DNA of 35,032 nt from an uncultured Bdellovibrionales bacterium (GTDB lineage Bacteria > Patescibacteriota > Minisyncoccia > Moranbacterales > UBA1568), in NCBI GenBank assembly GCA_964590035.1, contig CAZPXK010000002.1, forward strand, positions 11,979 through 47,010, read 5' to 3'. Made by a program: the position numbers and the translations under genes. This document shows positions 1-9,243 of the stretch, in pieces; positions within the stretch are counted from its first letter, which is position 1, and each line of letters starts with the position of its first letter. The notes below the pieces were generated by a model. That model was given only the letters and a program-made list of their open reading frames with translations. It had not been told where the DNA came from and searched no databases.

Positions 1-672
1 CAGTGGTGATGACTTCAGGGGCATTGACTATACCCTCGGAGTAAAGGCCGATGACATTTGTCTCTTCATCGGCAGCAAAGTGACGAAGAAAATGATTTTC
101 GTTCAAGATGGATTTGTTACCATCACTGACAAAGGCAGAGAACCCTACTTTTTCGGCAGTCAGGTCGAGGAGCGCGGTACAGAGTGCGCCACTTTGTGAG
201 AAAAAAGCCACTGATCCCTGTTTGGGCATGCCACTTGCAAAAGAAGCATTGAGTCCAAGCTTGGGATGAATAAATCCGAGACAGTTCGGACCAAGGAGAG
301 CAATGCCGTATTCTTCTGCAATCTCGCAGAGCTCATTTTCGAGAGCAGCACCAGTCTCACCTGTTTCTTTGAAACCAGCTGAGATAATGATAGCGGCCTT
401 GATTTCTTTTTCGCCGACTTCGCGCAGCGCCTGTGGTACCAAAGCAGCGGGGATAATAATAATGGCGAGGTCTATTGCTTCTTTGATATCGTGAATACTC
501 GCAAAGCAGGGGAGGTCAAACAGCGTTGTGGCTTTTGGGTTGACTGGATAGACTTTGCCGGTGTAGCCGTAGCGGAGCAGGTTTTGTGTGAGTGTATTGC
601 CGACACTTCCTGGTTTGGTTGAAGCACCGATGACAGCGATAGAACGAGGTGAAAATAACGGCGTGAGATTCA
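1..672 (-). CDS. ADP-forming acetate--CoA ligase family protein, N-terminal CoA-binding part; C-terminal part lies beyond the window edge
   Basis: Absent from the ORF track because it is open at position 1. Reverse-complement reading from the ATG (cat at 670-672) gives MNLTPLFSPRSIAVIGASTKPGSVGNTLTQNLLRYGYTGKVYPVNPKATTLFDLPCFASIHDIKEAIDLAIIIIPAALVPQALREVGEKEIKAAIIISAGFKETG... This is the typical N-terminus of NDP-forming acyl-CoA synthetases. 224 codons without a stop. Confidence 0.75.
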
Positions 673-741
673 TAGAAAAAAATCTTAAAAAATCCAGGAT
701 TTATGGCTTGACTGAGATCATTTTACCGCAAAACCTCTCTC

Positions 742-770
742 TTGACAAAAAGCGTAAAATTTGATAAGAT
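742..770 (+). promoter_or_regulatory. sigma70-like promoter (TTGACA-17 nt-TAAGAT)
   Basis: TTGACA at 742-747, 17-nt spacer, TAAGAT at 765-770, about 30 nt upstream of the ATG at 802. It lies inside the N-terminal extension proposed by the ORF track (TTG start at 742). Confidence 0.5.
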
Positions 771-801
771 ACAAGGTCTAAAAATTCATGATTTTATCCC
801 T

Positions 802-1758
802 ATGCAGTTTCGCAACTTTTGGCTTAAACGAGAGGTAATTCTCGGTTTTGCATTTACTGTTTTAATCGCGGCTCCACTCATCGTTTTGGGTGGGAGCAAG
901 CAGGTGTATGTCGACAAGGATGCCAAGGGCTCCGAAGAGGGGACATCCAATCATCCCTATCACAGCATCGGTAAGGCTCTGAAAAATGCCAAAGAGGGAA
1001 CCGATATTCATATTGCCAAAGGAACATACAAAGAAAATATCACGCTTCCAAAGGGTGTGAAGCTTTTTGGTAAGAAAAAAGATATTGGTGATGTGGTTAT
1101 CAAGTCAACCAACGGCGACAAGCCGACGGTCACTATGAAGCATCAGACAGAGCTGAACTTTTTGACGGTTGAGGGTGGTCGTCATGGTGTGCGTATTGAG
1201 GATGATGCCAAAGCCAAGATTTACAAAGTGACGGTAAAAAATAGTAATCGTGATGGTATTCATATCGATGCCGCTAAGCGCGAGAAGAAATATCGCGCAC
1301 TGATTGATGCTGTCGAAGTACGTGGCAGTGCCCGCGCTGGTATTTATTCTGAAAAGCGCGATATCGTGGTTATCAATAGCAATATTCATACCAACAAGAG
1401 TGATGGTATTGATTTGGCAGCTGGCATGGAAGCCTGGTTTGAGGATAACCGAATCAATGGCAATGGAGGAAGCGGTATCAAGGTGGTTCTTGATGGTGCT
1501 TCTGTCTGGACCAAATCAAACAGTATTAGAAATAACAAGCGTGAAGGTGTCGAGGTCAATGCCTACGGTGCTGCCGGCAATGTCGGCTTGAAGAAAGCAC
1601 AATTGGTCGGAAACGGCCGCTATGGTGTCGCTCGTATGGCACGTACAGCCAATGGTCTCAAGTCATTTGGTGGTATCATTTTAGGTACAGGAGTCAATGA
1701 CAATCGTCTCGAAGGCAATCGCGTCGGTGCTACCTCTCCAGTCCTCCGTGGTTTCTAA
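802..1758 (+). CDS. membrane-anchored right-handed parallel beta-helix repeat protein (pectate-lyase-fold, DUF1565-like)
   Basis: ORF 742..1758. Preferred start is the in-frame ATG at 802 (MQFRNFWLKREVILGFAFTVLIAAPLIVLGG = N-terminal TM helix). It has a GTY-E-I motif followed by repeated G-I-x-hydrophobic-N/D-N beta-helix coils (NSNRDGIHID, NSNIHTNKSDGIDL, NRINGNGGSGIKV, NSIRNNKREGVEV). Confidence 0.7.
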   Translation: MQFRNFWLKREVILGFAFTVLIAAPLIVLGGSKQVYVDKDAKGSEEGTSNHPYHSIGKALKNAKEGTDIHIAKGTYKENITLPKGVKLFGKKKDIGDVVIKSTNGDKPTVTMKHQTELNFLTVEGGRHGVRIEDDAKAKIYKVTVKNSNRDGIHIDAAKREKKYRALIDAVEVRGSARAGIYSEKRDIVVINSNIHTNKSDGIDLAAGMEAWFEDNRINGNGGSGIKVVLDGASVWTKSNSIRNNKREGVEVNAYGAAGNVGLKKAQLVGNGRYGVARMARTANGLKSFGGIILGTGVNDNRLEGNRVGATSPVLRGF

Positions 1759-1783
1759 TTGATCTCGAGTTCGAGATTTGCTC

Positions 1784-2959
1784 ATGACATATCATCCTAT
1801 GAAGATCGCATTTATCGGTCAGAAAGGAATCCCCGCTCTTTCTGGTGGGGTGGAAAAGCATGTCGAAAAACTGGCCACTCGTTTGGCGGCTCAGGGGCAC
1901 GACGTGACGGTCTATGTGCGTTCGCACTATACGCCAGTGACACTGCGTGAATTTGAAGGTGTGAAATTGGTACATGTGCCGAGTATTCACACCAAACATC
2001 TCGATGCTATCACGCACGCACTGTGCGCGACCGTGCATGCGCTGTTTGTTTCATACGACATCATTCATTTTCAGTCCATTGGTCCGAGTATTCTGTCGAT
2101 TCTTCCGAGAGTATTGAAACCAAAGACTCGCGTGGTAGCGACTTTCCATAGTCGGGATTATACTCACAAGAAATGGGGATTTTTTGCCCGTCTTTTTCTT
2201 CGTATGGCCGAGTATGCCACCTGTCGTATACCTGAACGGACGATTGTTTCGAGCGAAACACTTATTGAATACGCCAAGGAATCGTATGGTACGGATGTGA
2301 TTTTTATCCCTAGTGGAGCCGAAGTGGCTTTTGAGGAGAACACAGAAACACTGACAGAATTGGGATTGCGCTCAAAGCGCTATCTCTTGGCGGTCCATCG
2401 TTTGGTTCCGCACAAGGGAACGCACTATCTGATCAAAGCATTTAAGGAGTTGGAAGACACCAATCGTATTCCCAACAATTTCAAATTGGTGATTGTAGGC
2501 GCACATGCAGATACGCCTGAGTACGAAAAGTTTTTGAAGCACTTGGCGGAGGGACGATCAAACATTGTGTTTGCCGGCGAACGAACCGGGAGAGCTATGG
2601 AGACGCTCTACTCGCATGCCTATCTCTATGTCCAGCCATCGGAACAGGAGGGTCTGTCTCTCGCGCTTTTGGAGGCCATGGGGCACGGCCTGATGCCTTT
2701 GGTGAGTGATATCGAACCGCATCGGGAAGCAGTAGCCAATACTGGTGCCTTTTTCCCTGTCAAAGATGTGGATGGTTTGAAAAAAGAACTGGCTTATTAT
2801 GTGAATCGAAGCGATGAAGTGGCGGCGCTGGGCCGTATTGCCACGGAAAGAATCCGGGAGCACTACAGTTGGGAGGCCGTTGCCAAAAAGACTGTGGAAG
2901 TATATCGTGATGTGTTGAATCCGGACTATAAAACTGACTATGTTGAGAGCCAGAAATAA
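1784..2959 (+). CDS. GT4-family glycosyltransferase (group 1, DUF1972-like N-terminus)
   Basis: MKIAFIGQKGIPALSGGVEKHVEKLATRLAAQGHDVTVY at the N-terminus and the EX7E-type motif region PSEQEGLSLALLEAMGHG. The start could be ATG 1784 or ATG 1799. Confidence 0.85.
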   Translation: MTYHPMKIAFIGQKGIPALSGGVEKHVEKLATRLAAQGHDVTVYVRSHYTPVTLREFEGVKLVHVPSIHTKHLDAITHALCATVHALFVSYDIIHFQSIGPSILSILPRVLKPKTRVVATFHSRDYTHKKWGFFARLFLRMAEYATCRIPERTIVSSETLIEYAKESYGTDVIFIPSGAEVAFEENTETLTELGLRSKRYLLAVHRLVPHKGTHYLIKAFKELEDTNRIPNNFKLVIVGAHADTPEYEKFLKHLAEGRSNIVFAGERTGRAMETLYSHAYLYVQPSEQEGLSLALLEAMGHGLMPLVSDIEPHREAVANTGAFFPVKDVDGLKKELAYYVNRSDEVAALGRIATERIREHYSWEAVAKKTVEVYRDVLNPDYKTDYVESQK

Positions 2960-3956
2960 TACTCCTACATTTCGCATGGCGTGGCAGCGCTCTTTTTTCG
3001 TGACGCTGTTTTTCGTCATGCTGACCTCTCTTTTGTTTTGGTTGGATGGCTTTCGTGTCTATCAGTCCGAAGTGCAGATCTTGGTCGTGGGCAGGGTTTC
3101 GAGTGTTGCCACGGATCAGGTAGTGGAAAACTTTGGGGAATTGGCGGGTACCTTGTCTTTTTACGAACGTCTTTTGGAAAATCATCAGGATATTGAAGAC
3201 TCGTTTGAGGGATATACCAAAGATCAGCGCAAGAAACTGTGGAATGAGACGGTGAGGGTGGCGCAAAACAAGAATAGCGGCGTATTGTCGGTGTTGGCAA
3301 AGGGTGATACGCAGACACAGGCAAAGCGTTTGTCCGAAGCAACTGTCGCAACGCTGTTTTCTGTAGCTTCTTTGTACTATAATATAGAGACGGACATTGA
3401 CCTGCGCGTTATCGATGAATCAATTGTTGAAACGACGATAGGTCGTCCGGTATTGTATGGGGTGGCCAGCTTTGGGACAGCACTTTCAGTCACCTTTACC
3501 TTTTTTGGGTTACTCTGCTTTGTTCCAATGTTGTTTGGAAAAAAGCGAGAAACGATGCCGGAGTATCCTGTGGGAGCAAGTGTTCCATTTATAGATCCTC
3601 GGAAATTCGTTCCGACTCGCCTCAACACCCTTTCTTTCGAGTCCACACGCGAACATCAAGTCAAACAAGAAATTAAACAAGAGACGGTAAAAACGACAGG
3701 TATTTCCAGTACTGAGCGCATGTTGCCAGGCATGGATGCAGAGGAGCTCCCATTTCAGTTTGAAGAATCATACCCGAGTGACATGGAGGTTGGTGAAACA
3801 GAAGCGCTTTTGACGGATTTACCGATTACCAATGGTTTTGTTATTGATCAGGTTGCTGCAGAACCAGCGCCTACCGTCGTAGATATTCCCAAGGGCGAAC
3901 CAACAGTAGAAGAATACAAACGCCGCCTGAACGAATTACTTTCTGCAGGAAAATAA
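2940..3956 (+). CDS. hypothetical bitopic membrane protein with Wzz-like (chain-length-determinant) topology and an acidic C-terminal tail
   Basis: ORF overlaps the GT4 stop by 20 nt. It has a TM helix (FFVTLFFVMLTSLLFWL), a soluble segment of about 130 aa, a second TM helix (VASFGTALSVTFTFFGLLCFVPMLF), and then an E/D/T-rich tail. No family was recognised with certainty. Confidence 0.55.
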   Translation: MLRARNNTPTFRMAWQRSFFVTLFFVMLTSLLFWLDGFRVYQSEVQILVVGRVSSVATDQVVENFGELAGTLSFYERLLENHQDIEDSFEGYTKDQRKKLWNETVRVAQNKNSGVLSVLAKGDTQTQAKRLSEATVATLFSVASLYYNIETDIDLRVIDESIVETTIGRPVLYGVASFGTALSVTFTFFGLLCFVPMLFGKKRETMPEYPVGASVPFIDPRKFVPTRLNTLSFESTREHQVKQEIKQETVKTTGISSTERMLPGMDAEELPFQFEESYPSDMEVGETEALLTDLPITNGFVIDQVAAEPAPTVVDIPKGEPTVEEYKRRLNELLSAGK

Positions 3957-4023
3957 TTCGAAAAGCTCAAAACAAAAAACACAAATACCAAACAAAACAT
4001 GAAAACACAAAGCCAAAAATCAT

Positions 4024-4071
4024 TGTGCTTTGAAGACTGAAATCTGTGCTTTGTTTGGGTTTTGTGCTTTG
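4024..4071 (+). repeat. three direct copies of TGTGCTTTG in the intergenic region upstream of the DUF4012 gene
   Basis: TGTGCTTTG at 4024-4032, 4045-4053 and 4063-4071. The preceding half of the spacer (3967-4015) is the A/C-rich mirror (AAAACACAAA twice). Confidence 0.6.
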
Positions 4072-4095
4072 AGAATTGTGTTTTAAGAATTTTCT

Positions 4096-5466
4096 ATGAG
4101 ACGTTACACCGCAAAGTTCTGGATGAGTTTTGTTGCTCTGGCAGCCCTGTTTCTTTTGGGCTGGTTTGTGTTTTGGGAAGTGCGAACTCATGATTGGACC
4201 AACTTGCGGCGTCTGCTTGGTTGGCTACCGGTAGAACAAGAGATGAAAACGGATTTGGATACTGTGATTGCTCTCGCTGATTCCCTCCTCGATACCGATG
4301 GAAAAGAAAAAACATTTCTTCTGTTGTTTCAAAACAATCTCGAACTTCGACCAGGTGGTGGGTTTATCGGGAGTTTTGGTATTTTGAAAGTCCGCGATGG
4401 CCACATCACGCATTTTATGGTGCATGATACGGGCAATTTTGATGGACGTATTCCTGATACCATCACGCCACCCTATCCGATGCAAGAAACGCTCAAGATT
4501 CCATCGTGGAAACTGCGTGATTCCAACTATTCTCCTGATTTTGCAGAGAATGCCAAGTGGGCAGAGGATTTCTATCATATGGGGCAAGGACAGGAGCAGT
4601 TTGATGGTGTGGTAGGTATCACTGCCAATGTCCTTTCATCTTTTTTGCGAGTGACTGGACCGGTAGAACTCGAGGGATTCCCTGGTACATACGGAGCAGA
4701 CAACGCGGTTTTGGATTTGGAATATCAGGTAGAACAAGGATATCTGAAACAGGATATTGAATTTGGTGAGCGCAAGTCGGTGATGGGAATACTCGGTCTT
4801 GAAATTTTGGCGCGGGTTAAAGAACTGTCATTGTCCAAGAAATATGAGTTGTTTCGAGTAGTGCTCGATGACCTCCATCGCAAGGACGTCCAGTTGTTGT
4901 TTCGTGATGAGGCGCTCCAGGCCACGGTCGTGGCGGCTGGTTGGGATGGCAGGCTCGATAGTGATTGGAATGATGACTATCTGTTGTTAGTGGACGCCAA
5001 CTTGAATTCGTGGAAGAGTGACTACTATGTGAAACGTTCATATCGATACGATGTTGATCTTTCCCGCGATATCCCGGAAGCGACGCTCTCTGTGACGTAC
5101 AAGCACACCGCGACTGCCAAAGACTGGCTCACCAAGGACTATCAGACATTTTTGCGGGTTTATACTCCCAAAGGAAGCTTTCTTTCTGGAGTAGAAAATG
5201 CTGCTAAAGAACCGGTTTTTGGTGAATTTGCCAACAAAAAATATTTTGGAGCGTTGATTCATGTACCGTTGGGAACGGAAAAGACAGTCACCTTTCGTTA
5301 TACGTTGCCCCAAGAAATACGGCGGACCTGGTATGATATGAAAATGGAAAAGCAGCCGGGATTGAATGACGTGCCCGTTGTGATGACTGTGACACAGACC
5401 GATGGTACAAAAACAGAAAAAGAATTTGTGCTCAATCGCAATACGGTGTGGAGTGAGGTTCGTTAG
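4096..5466 (+). CDS. DUF4012 domain-containing membrane-anchored protein
   Basis: N-terminal TM helix (FWMSFVALAALFLLGWFVFW) followed by the signature LLLFQNNLELRPGGGFIGSFGILKVRDG characteristic of DUF4012. Confidence 0.8.
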   Translation: MRRYTAKFWMSFVALAALFLLGWFVFWEVRTHDWTNLRRLLGWLPVEQEMKTDLDTVIALADSLLDTDGKEKTFLLLFQNNLELRPGGGFIGSFGILKVRDGHITHFMVHDTGNFDGRIPDTITPPYPMQETLKIPSWKLRDSNYSPDFAENAKWAEDFYHMGQGQEQFDGVVGITANVLSSFLRVTGPVELEGFPGTYGADNAVLDLEYQVEQGYLKQDIEFGERKSVMGILGLEILARVKELSLSKKYELFRVVLDDLHRKDVQLLFRDEALQATVVAAGWDGRLDSDWNDDYLLLVDANLNSWKSDYYVKRSYRYDVDLSRDIPEATLSVTYKHTATAKDWLTKDYQTFLRVYTPKGSFLSGVENAAKEPVFGEFANKKYFGALIHVPLGTEKTVTFRYTLPQEIRRTWYDMKMEKQPGLNDVPVVMTVTQTDGTKTEKEFVLNRNTVWSEVR

Positions 5467-5643
5467 ATTTTAGATGGAGTTACTTAACATGTTTCCGAAG
5501 CCCTGTTTTGAAGTGTTTCGGGGTGGTAGCAAGGGGGTATCCTGCATGTGCTTTTGATACCCCTTGGCTCCTGCCTGTTAGGTAGGTGATTTTTCGTGGC
5601 ACCGAAAACTCGGTGCGTTCTCGCAATGGCGTAGGAGGTCAAG

Positions 5644-6075
5644 ATGATCGTGGAAAGTTTGCGGGCGAGTGCCGCCTATTTGGGGGTATTGACCCCGGAG
5701 CAGGTGTTGGTGGTCTTGATCCACGTCGCGGTCTGGGTACGGTATCTACCTTGGGCCTGTACGGGATTATCGGGGCTCAGCCCTGATCAGGAGATCAGGC
5801 GGTTGAGGCAGTCTCGTCGATACGGGGATGGAATCAAGCCAGGGTATTTGGCTGCCGGAATGAGCATTTCTTGGGCACTTGCCAGAGGCATCGTCTGGAC
5901 TGCTGTCTTGGCGGTCCTGGCCAAGAACTATCTGGTAAGCCATCATGATTGGTCAGTGGCAGTGTTCTTCTTTCTAACTCCAGTTGTTTTAGGTCTGGAG
6001 GGCTACCTTCGGTGGTCATCGCCGAAGTACAAGATGGGGAGGAAGAGGAAATCAGTCGAGCGCGTTGGCGTTTGA
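5644..6075 (+). CDS. hypothetical integral membrane protein (GC-rich relative to flanks)
   Basis: ATG preceded by GGAGGTCAAG. Contains 3-4 hydrophobic helices. No recognisable family. Confidence 0.5.
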   Translation: MIVESLRASAAYLGVLTPEQVLVVLIHVAVWVRYLPWACTGLSGLSPDQEIRRLRQSRRYGDGIKPGYLAAGMSISWALARGIVWTAVLAVLAKNYLVSHHDWSVAVFFFLTPVVLGLEGYLRWSSPKYKMGRKRKSVERVGV

Positions 6076-6098
6076 TTGTCAGTTCCTGGTAAAGCTCT

Positions 6099-6130
6099 GG
6101 TCTTGCGCATCGTTCGCAAGACCTTTTTTC
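6099..6130 (+). terminator. rho-independent terminator
   Basis: Perfect 9-bp stem GGTCTTGCG (6099-6107) / CGCAAGACC (6115-6123), 7-nt loop, then TTTTTT. Confidence 0.65.
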
Positions 6131-6225
6131 TTTTTAGGAACATGTCCATCAAACCAAAACAAGCTATGGTACAATGAAGGTTAATGAATCCGCTAGGCAG
6201 CACAATAACCCAATGAAACTGTTTT

Positions 6226-6921
6226 ATGCGTTTTGACATCATCTCTCTGTTTCCGGAAAGTTTTCAATCATACTTTGGCGTGTCCATGCTGAAACGGGCG
6301 ATTGAAAAAAATCTGATAGAAATCCATATGCATCAGCTGCGTGATTTTGCTTTTGATAAGCACAAGGCCGTGGACGATACCCCGTATGGAGGTGGAGCTG
6401 GGATGGTGCTCAAGGTAGAACCTATTGCTGCCTGTCTTGAGGCGGTCAAAAGCCTAAAGTCTGATGACGATACGCTAAAGACTACTCGGACCATTCTTTT
6501 TTCAGCCAAAGGGAAAGTGGCGACGCAAGAAGATATGAAGCGTCTATCGGAATATGATCGATTGATTCTCCTCTGTGGGCGCTATGAGGGAGTGGATGAG
6601 CGGGTAGCCGAGTATCTGGTGGATGAGGAACTTTCGCTCGGTGAATATGTCCTGACTGGCGGTGAACTGCCAGCGATGATCGTGGTGGACGCGGTGGCGC
6701 GCTTGGTGCCGGGAGTACTGGGGAATAGCGAAAGTGCTGTGACCGAGTCACATACGGTTTTGGGTACGGTGGAGCACCCACAATACACCAAGCCCGAAGA
6801 ATGGCAGGGGAAGCGCGTACCGGAAGTGCTTTTGTCAGGGCATCATGCTGAGATAGAAAAATGGCGCCAACAAACAGCCAAATCCAACTTGGACGTTAAA
6901 CATCCAAGTGAAAAAGAATAA
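6226..6921 (+). CDS. trmD: tRNA (guanine37-N1)-methyltransferase
   Basis: MRFDIISLFPESF...DDTPYGGGAGMVLKVEPI...ILLCGRYEGVDERV...SLGEYVLTGGELPAMIVVDAVARLVPGVLG. Canonical TrmD motifs along the full length. Confidence 0.95.
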   Translation: MRFDIISLFPESFQSYFGVSMLKRAIEKNLIEIHMHQLRDFAFDKHKAVDDTPYGGGAGMVLKVEPIAACLEAVKSLKSDDDTLKTTRTILFSAKGKVATQEDMKRLSEYDRLILLCGRYEGVDERVAEYLVDEELSLGEYVLTGGELPAMIVVDAVARLVPGVLGNSESAVTESHTVLGTVEHPQYTKPEEWQGKRVPEVLLSGHHAEIEKWRQQTAKSNLDVKHPSEKE

Positions 6922-6923
6922 AA

Positions 6924-8033
6924 ATGAAACTGCCAAAACTCAGTTTTGATCGACCACTTTTTTTTGCCCTGCTGACTCTTTTGGGCATTGGTCTTATTAT
7001 GGTTGCCAGTGCTGGGGTGGTGTATGGGCGGGTTCGGTTTGGAGATGACTACTACTTTCTTAAGCAGCAGTTGTTTGGATTAGGGGTAGGAATGGTGCTT
7101 CTCTGTGTTTTCCAACACATCCGTTACAAGGTGTGGCAGCGATTTGTGGTGCCGATTTTTTTGATGGCCATCGTGCTCTTGGTGTTGGTCTTTATCCCTG
7201 GTATAGGAACAACAGTGTATGGTGCAGCTCGCTGGGTAGAGCTGGGACCGATTTCTTTTCAGCCGTCTGAAGTCATGAAGTTTGCTATCATTTTGTACTT
7301 GGCAGCCTGGTTTTCTAGTAAGGGTCGAGCCAAGACATCGGACTTTTTTGAAGGGCTAGTGCCATTTCTTGCTCTTTTGTCCATCGTTGGATTTCTCATC
7401 ATCAAGCAGCCGGACACCGGGACGCTTGGATTGATTTTTCTCATTGCACTCTCTATCTTTTTCGCTTCGGGAGCAAACCTGCTTCATATAGTATCGCTCA
7501 TTAGTGCCGGCTTTGTTTTTTTGTTTATTCTTATCAAGATGGCACCGTACCGCATGCAGCGGTTTTTGGTTTTTATGAATCCAGATCATGATCCGATGGG
7601 GTTTGGCTATCAGATGACGCAGGCTCTTTTGGCGTTGGGATCCGGGGGATTATTCGGAGTCGGATTGGGACAGAGCCGGCAAAAATTTAATTACTTACCC
7701 GAACCGGTGACCGACTCTATTTTTGCTGTTTTGGGAGAGGAACTGGGGCTCATTGGCACGGTCACGGTGGTAGCATTGTTTCTCTTTATTGCCTGGCGTG
7801 GCCTGCGGATTGCGGCGGCGGCACCGGATGAGTTTGGGCGGTTGCTCGCTATCGGTATTGTCTCTTGGATTGTTTTTCAGGCGTTCATCAATATTTCAGC
7901 TATTACCGGTCTCATTCCGCTCACGGGTATCCCTCTGCCGTTTATCAGCTATGGAGGAACATCGCTCGCGGTACTGTTGGCAGCGGTGGGAATCTTGCTC
8001 AATATAAGCAAGCACAGTACACTGAAATCATAA
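6924..8033 (+). CDS. ftsW: SEDS-family peptidoglycan glycosyltransferase (FtsW/RodA/SpoVE)
   Basis: Protein with about 10 TM helices and the conserved motifs QPSEVMKFAIILYLA, IKQPDTGT, PEPVTDSIFAVLGEELG and PLPFISYGGTS. It sits immediately upstream of murG, as in dcw clusters. Confidence 0.9.
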   Translation: MKLPKLSFDRPLFFALLTLLGIGLIMVASAGVVYGRVRFGDDYYFLKQQLFGLGVGMVLLCVFQHIRYKVWQRFVVPIFLMAIVLLVLVFIPGIGTTVYGAARWVELGPISFQPSEVMKFAIILYLAAWFSSKGRAKTSDFFEGLVPFLALLSIVGFLIIKQPDTGTLGLIFLIALSIFFASGANLLHIVSLISAGFVFLFILIKMAPYRMQRFLVFMNPDHDPMGFGYQMTQALLALGSGGLFGVGLGQSRQKFNYLPEPVTDSIFAVLGEELGLIGTVTVVALFLFIAWRGLRIAAAAPDEFGRLLAIGIVSWIVFQAFINISAITGLIPLTGIPLPFISYGGTSLAVLLAAVGILLNISKHSTLKS

Positions 8034-8112
8034 ACAGCGTAGAGCTTTTAGCAATAAGCGTTCAGGAGAGTTTTTGACTGAGTGCTTATCGCTTGATGCT
8101 CCCCCCTATCAT

Positions 8113-9240
8113 ATGGCATATATTCCACGCGTCGTCCTGACCGGTGGCATCTCCGGAGGACACACCTTTCCGCTTATTGCTGTCGCCCGGTCTTTGCGCA
8201 AGCGCTACCCGCAGGGGATTGAATTTTTATTTATTGGCTCGCGAGGACACTTCGAAGGTCAGGCTATGGCCGACGAACACATCCCCGCCAAGTACGTTTT
8301 GACCGGAAAGCTTCGGCGGTATTTTTCTCTTTTGAATTTTATTGACCCCTTCAAGGTGCCGCTTGGGACACTTCAGGCGCTGTGGCAACTCTTTGTATTT
8401 ATGCCGGATGCGGTGTTTGCCAAGGGCGGCTCTGCTTCGGTGCCCGTGGTAGTAGCCGCGTGGATATATCGTATCCCGGTGGTTATTCATGATTCCGATG
8501 CCGTGGCTGGTCGCGCCAATCGTTTTTTGGCTCGCTTTGCCACGCGTATTGCTATCGCCTATCCCAGTGCGGGACAGTATTTTCCAGCAGGCAAGGTCGC
8601 ACTGACGGGCAATCCGGTACGAGAAGAATTGTTGCAGGGAGACAGAGTCGAGGGAGCGACGCTTTTGGGACTCCGTCCGGAGAGTCCGACCCTACTTATC
8701 TTGGGTGGCAGTCAGGGCGCCCAAGTTTTGAATGAAGCGATACTTCGTATTCTTCCAGATTTGTTGCGTGAGGGTATACAGGTGGTGCATCAGGTAGGTA
8801 AGGAGAATTACCAGTCCTTGGTGCAGGCTGTTCAAGAAAGTGGCATAGATACCAAACAGAGCGGTTATATAGCCCGTGACTTTTTTTCTGCTTCGGAACT
8901 GGCGGATGTGCTGGCGCTTTCGGATGTAGTGTTGTCACGCGCCGGGGCAGGGTCTATCGCTGAATTGGCTGCTACGAAAAAGGCCGTCATCCTGGTACCT
9001 CTCGCCAATGCTGCCAATGATGAACAACGCATGAACGCCTATGGTATTGCTGGTATTGGTGGGGCAGTGGTCGTAGAGGAGCCAAACTTGGGCGGACATA
9101 TTATACTCGAAAAAATCAAGGAACTCATGCGAGATCCTGAACTGCGAGCTTTGATGGGCAATAAAATGAATGCCTTTTATCATCCGGACGCTGCCGATGT
9201 GTTGGCAGAAGGTCTCGGAACGATGATTGACAGATCCTAA
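8113..9240 (+). CDS. murG: undecaprenyldiphospho-muramoylpentapeptide beta-N-acetylglucosaminyltransferase
   Basis: LTGGISGGHTFPLIAVA (G-loop), ILGGSQGA, SRAGAGSIAEL, NDEQRMNA. The ORF track starts at TTG 8074. ATG 8113 (MAYIPRVVLTGG) is preferred. Confidence 0.9.
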   Translation: MAYIPRVVLTGGISGGHTFPLIAVARSLRKRYPQGIEFLFIGSRGHFEGQAMADEHIPAKYVLTGKLRRYFSLLNFIDPFKVPLGTLQALWQLFVFMPDAVFAKGGSASVPVVVAAWIYRIPVVIHDSDAVAGRANRFLARFATRIAIAYPSAGQYFPAGKVALTGNPVREELLQGDRVEGATLLGLRPESPTLLILGGSQGAQVLNEAILRILPDLLREGIQVVHQVGKENYQSLVQAVQESGIDTKQSGYIARDFFSASELADVLALSDVVLSRAGAGSIAELAATKKAVILVPLANAANDEQRMNAYGIAGIGGAVVVEEPNLGGHIILEKIKELMRDPELRALMGNKMNAFYHPDAADVLAEGLGTMIDRS

Positions 9241-9243
9241 CGT

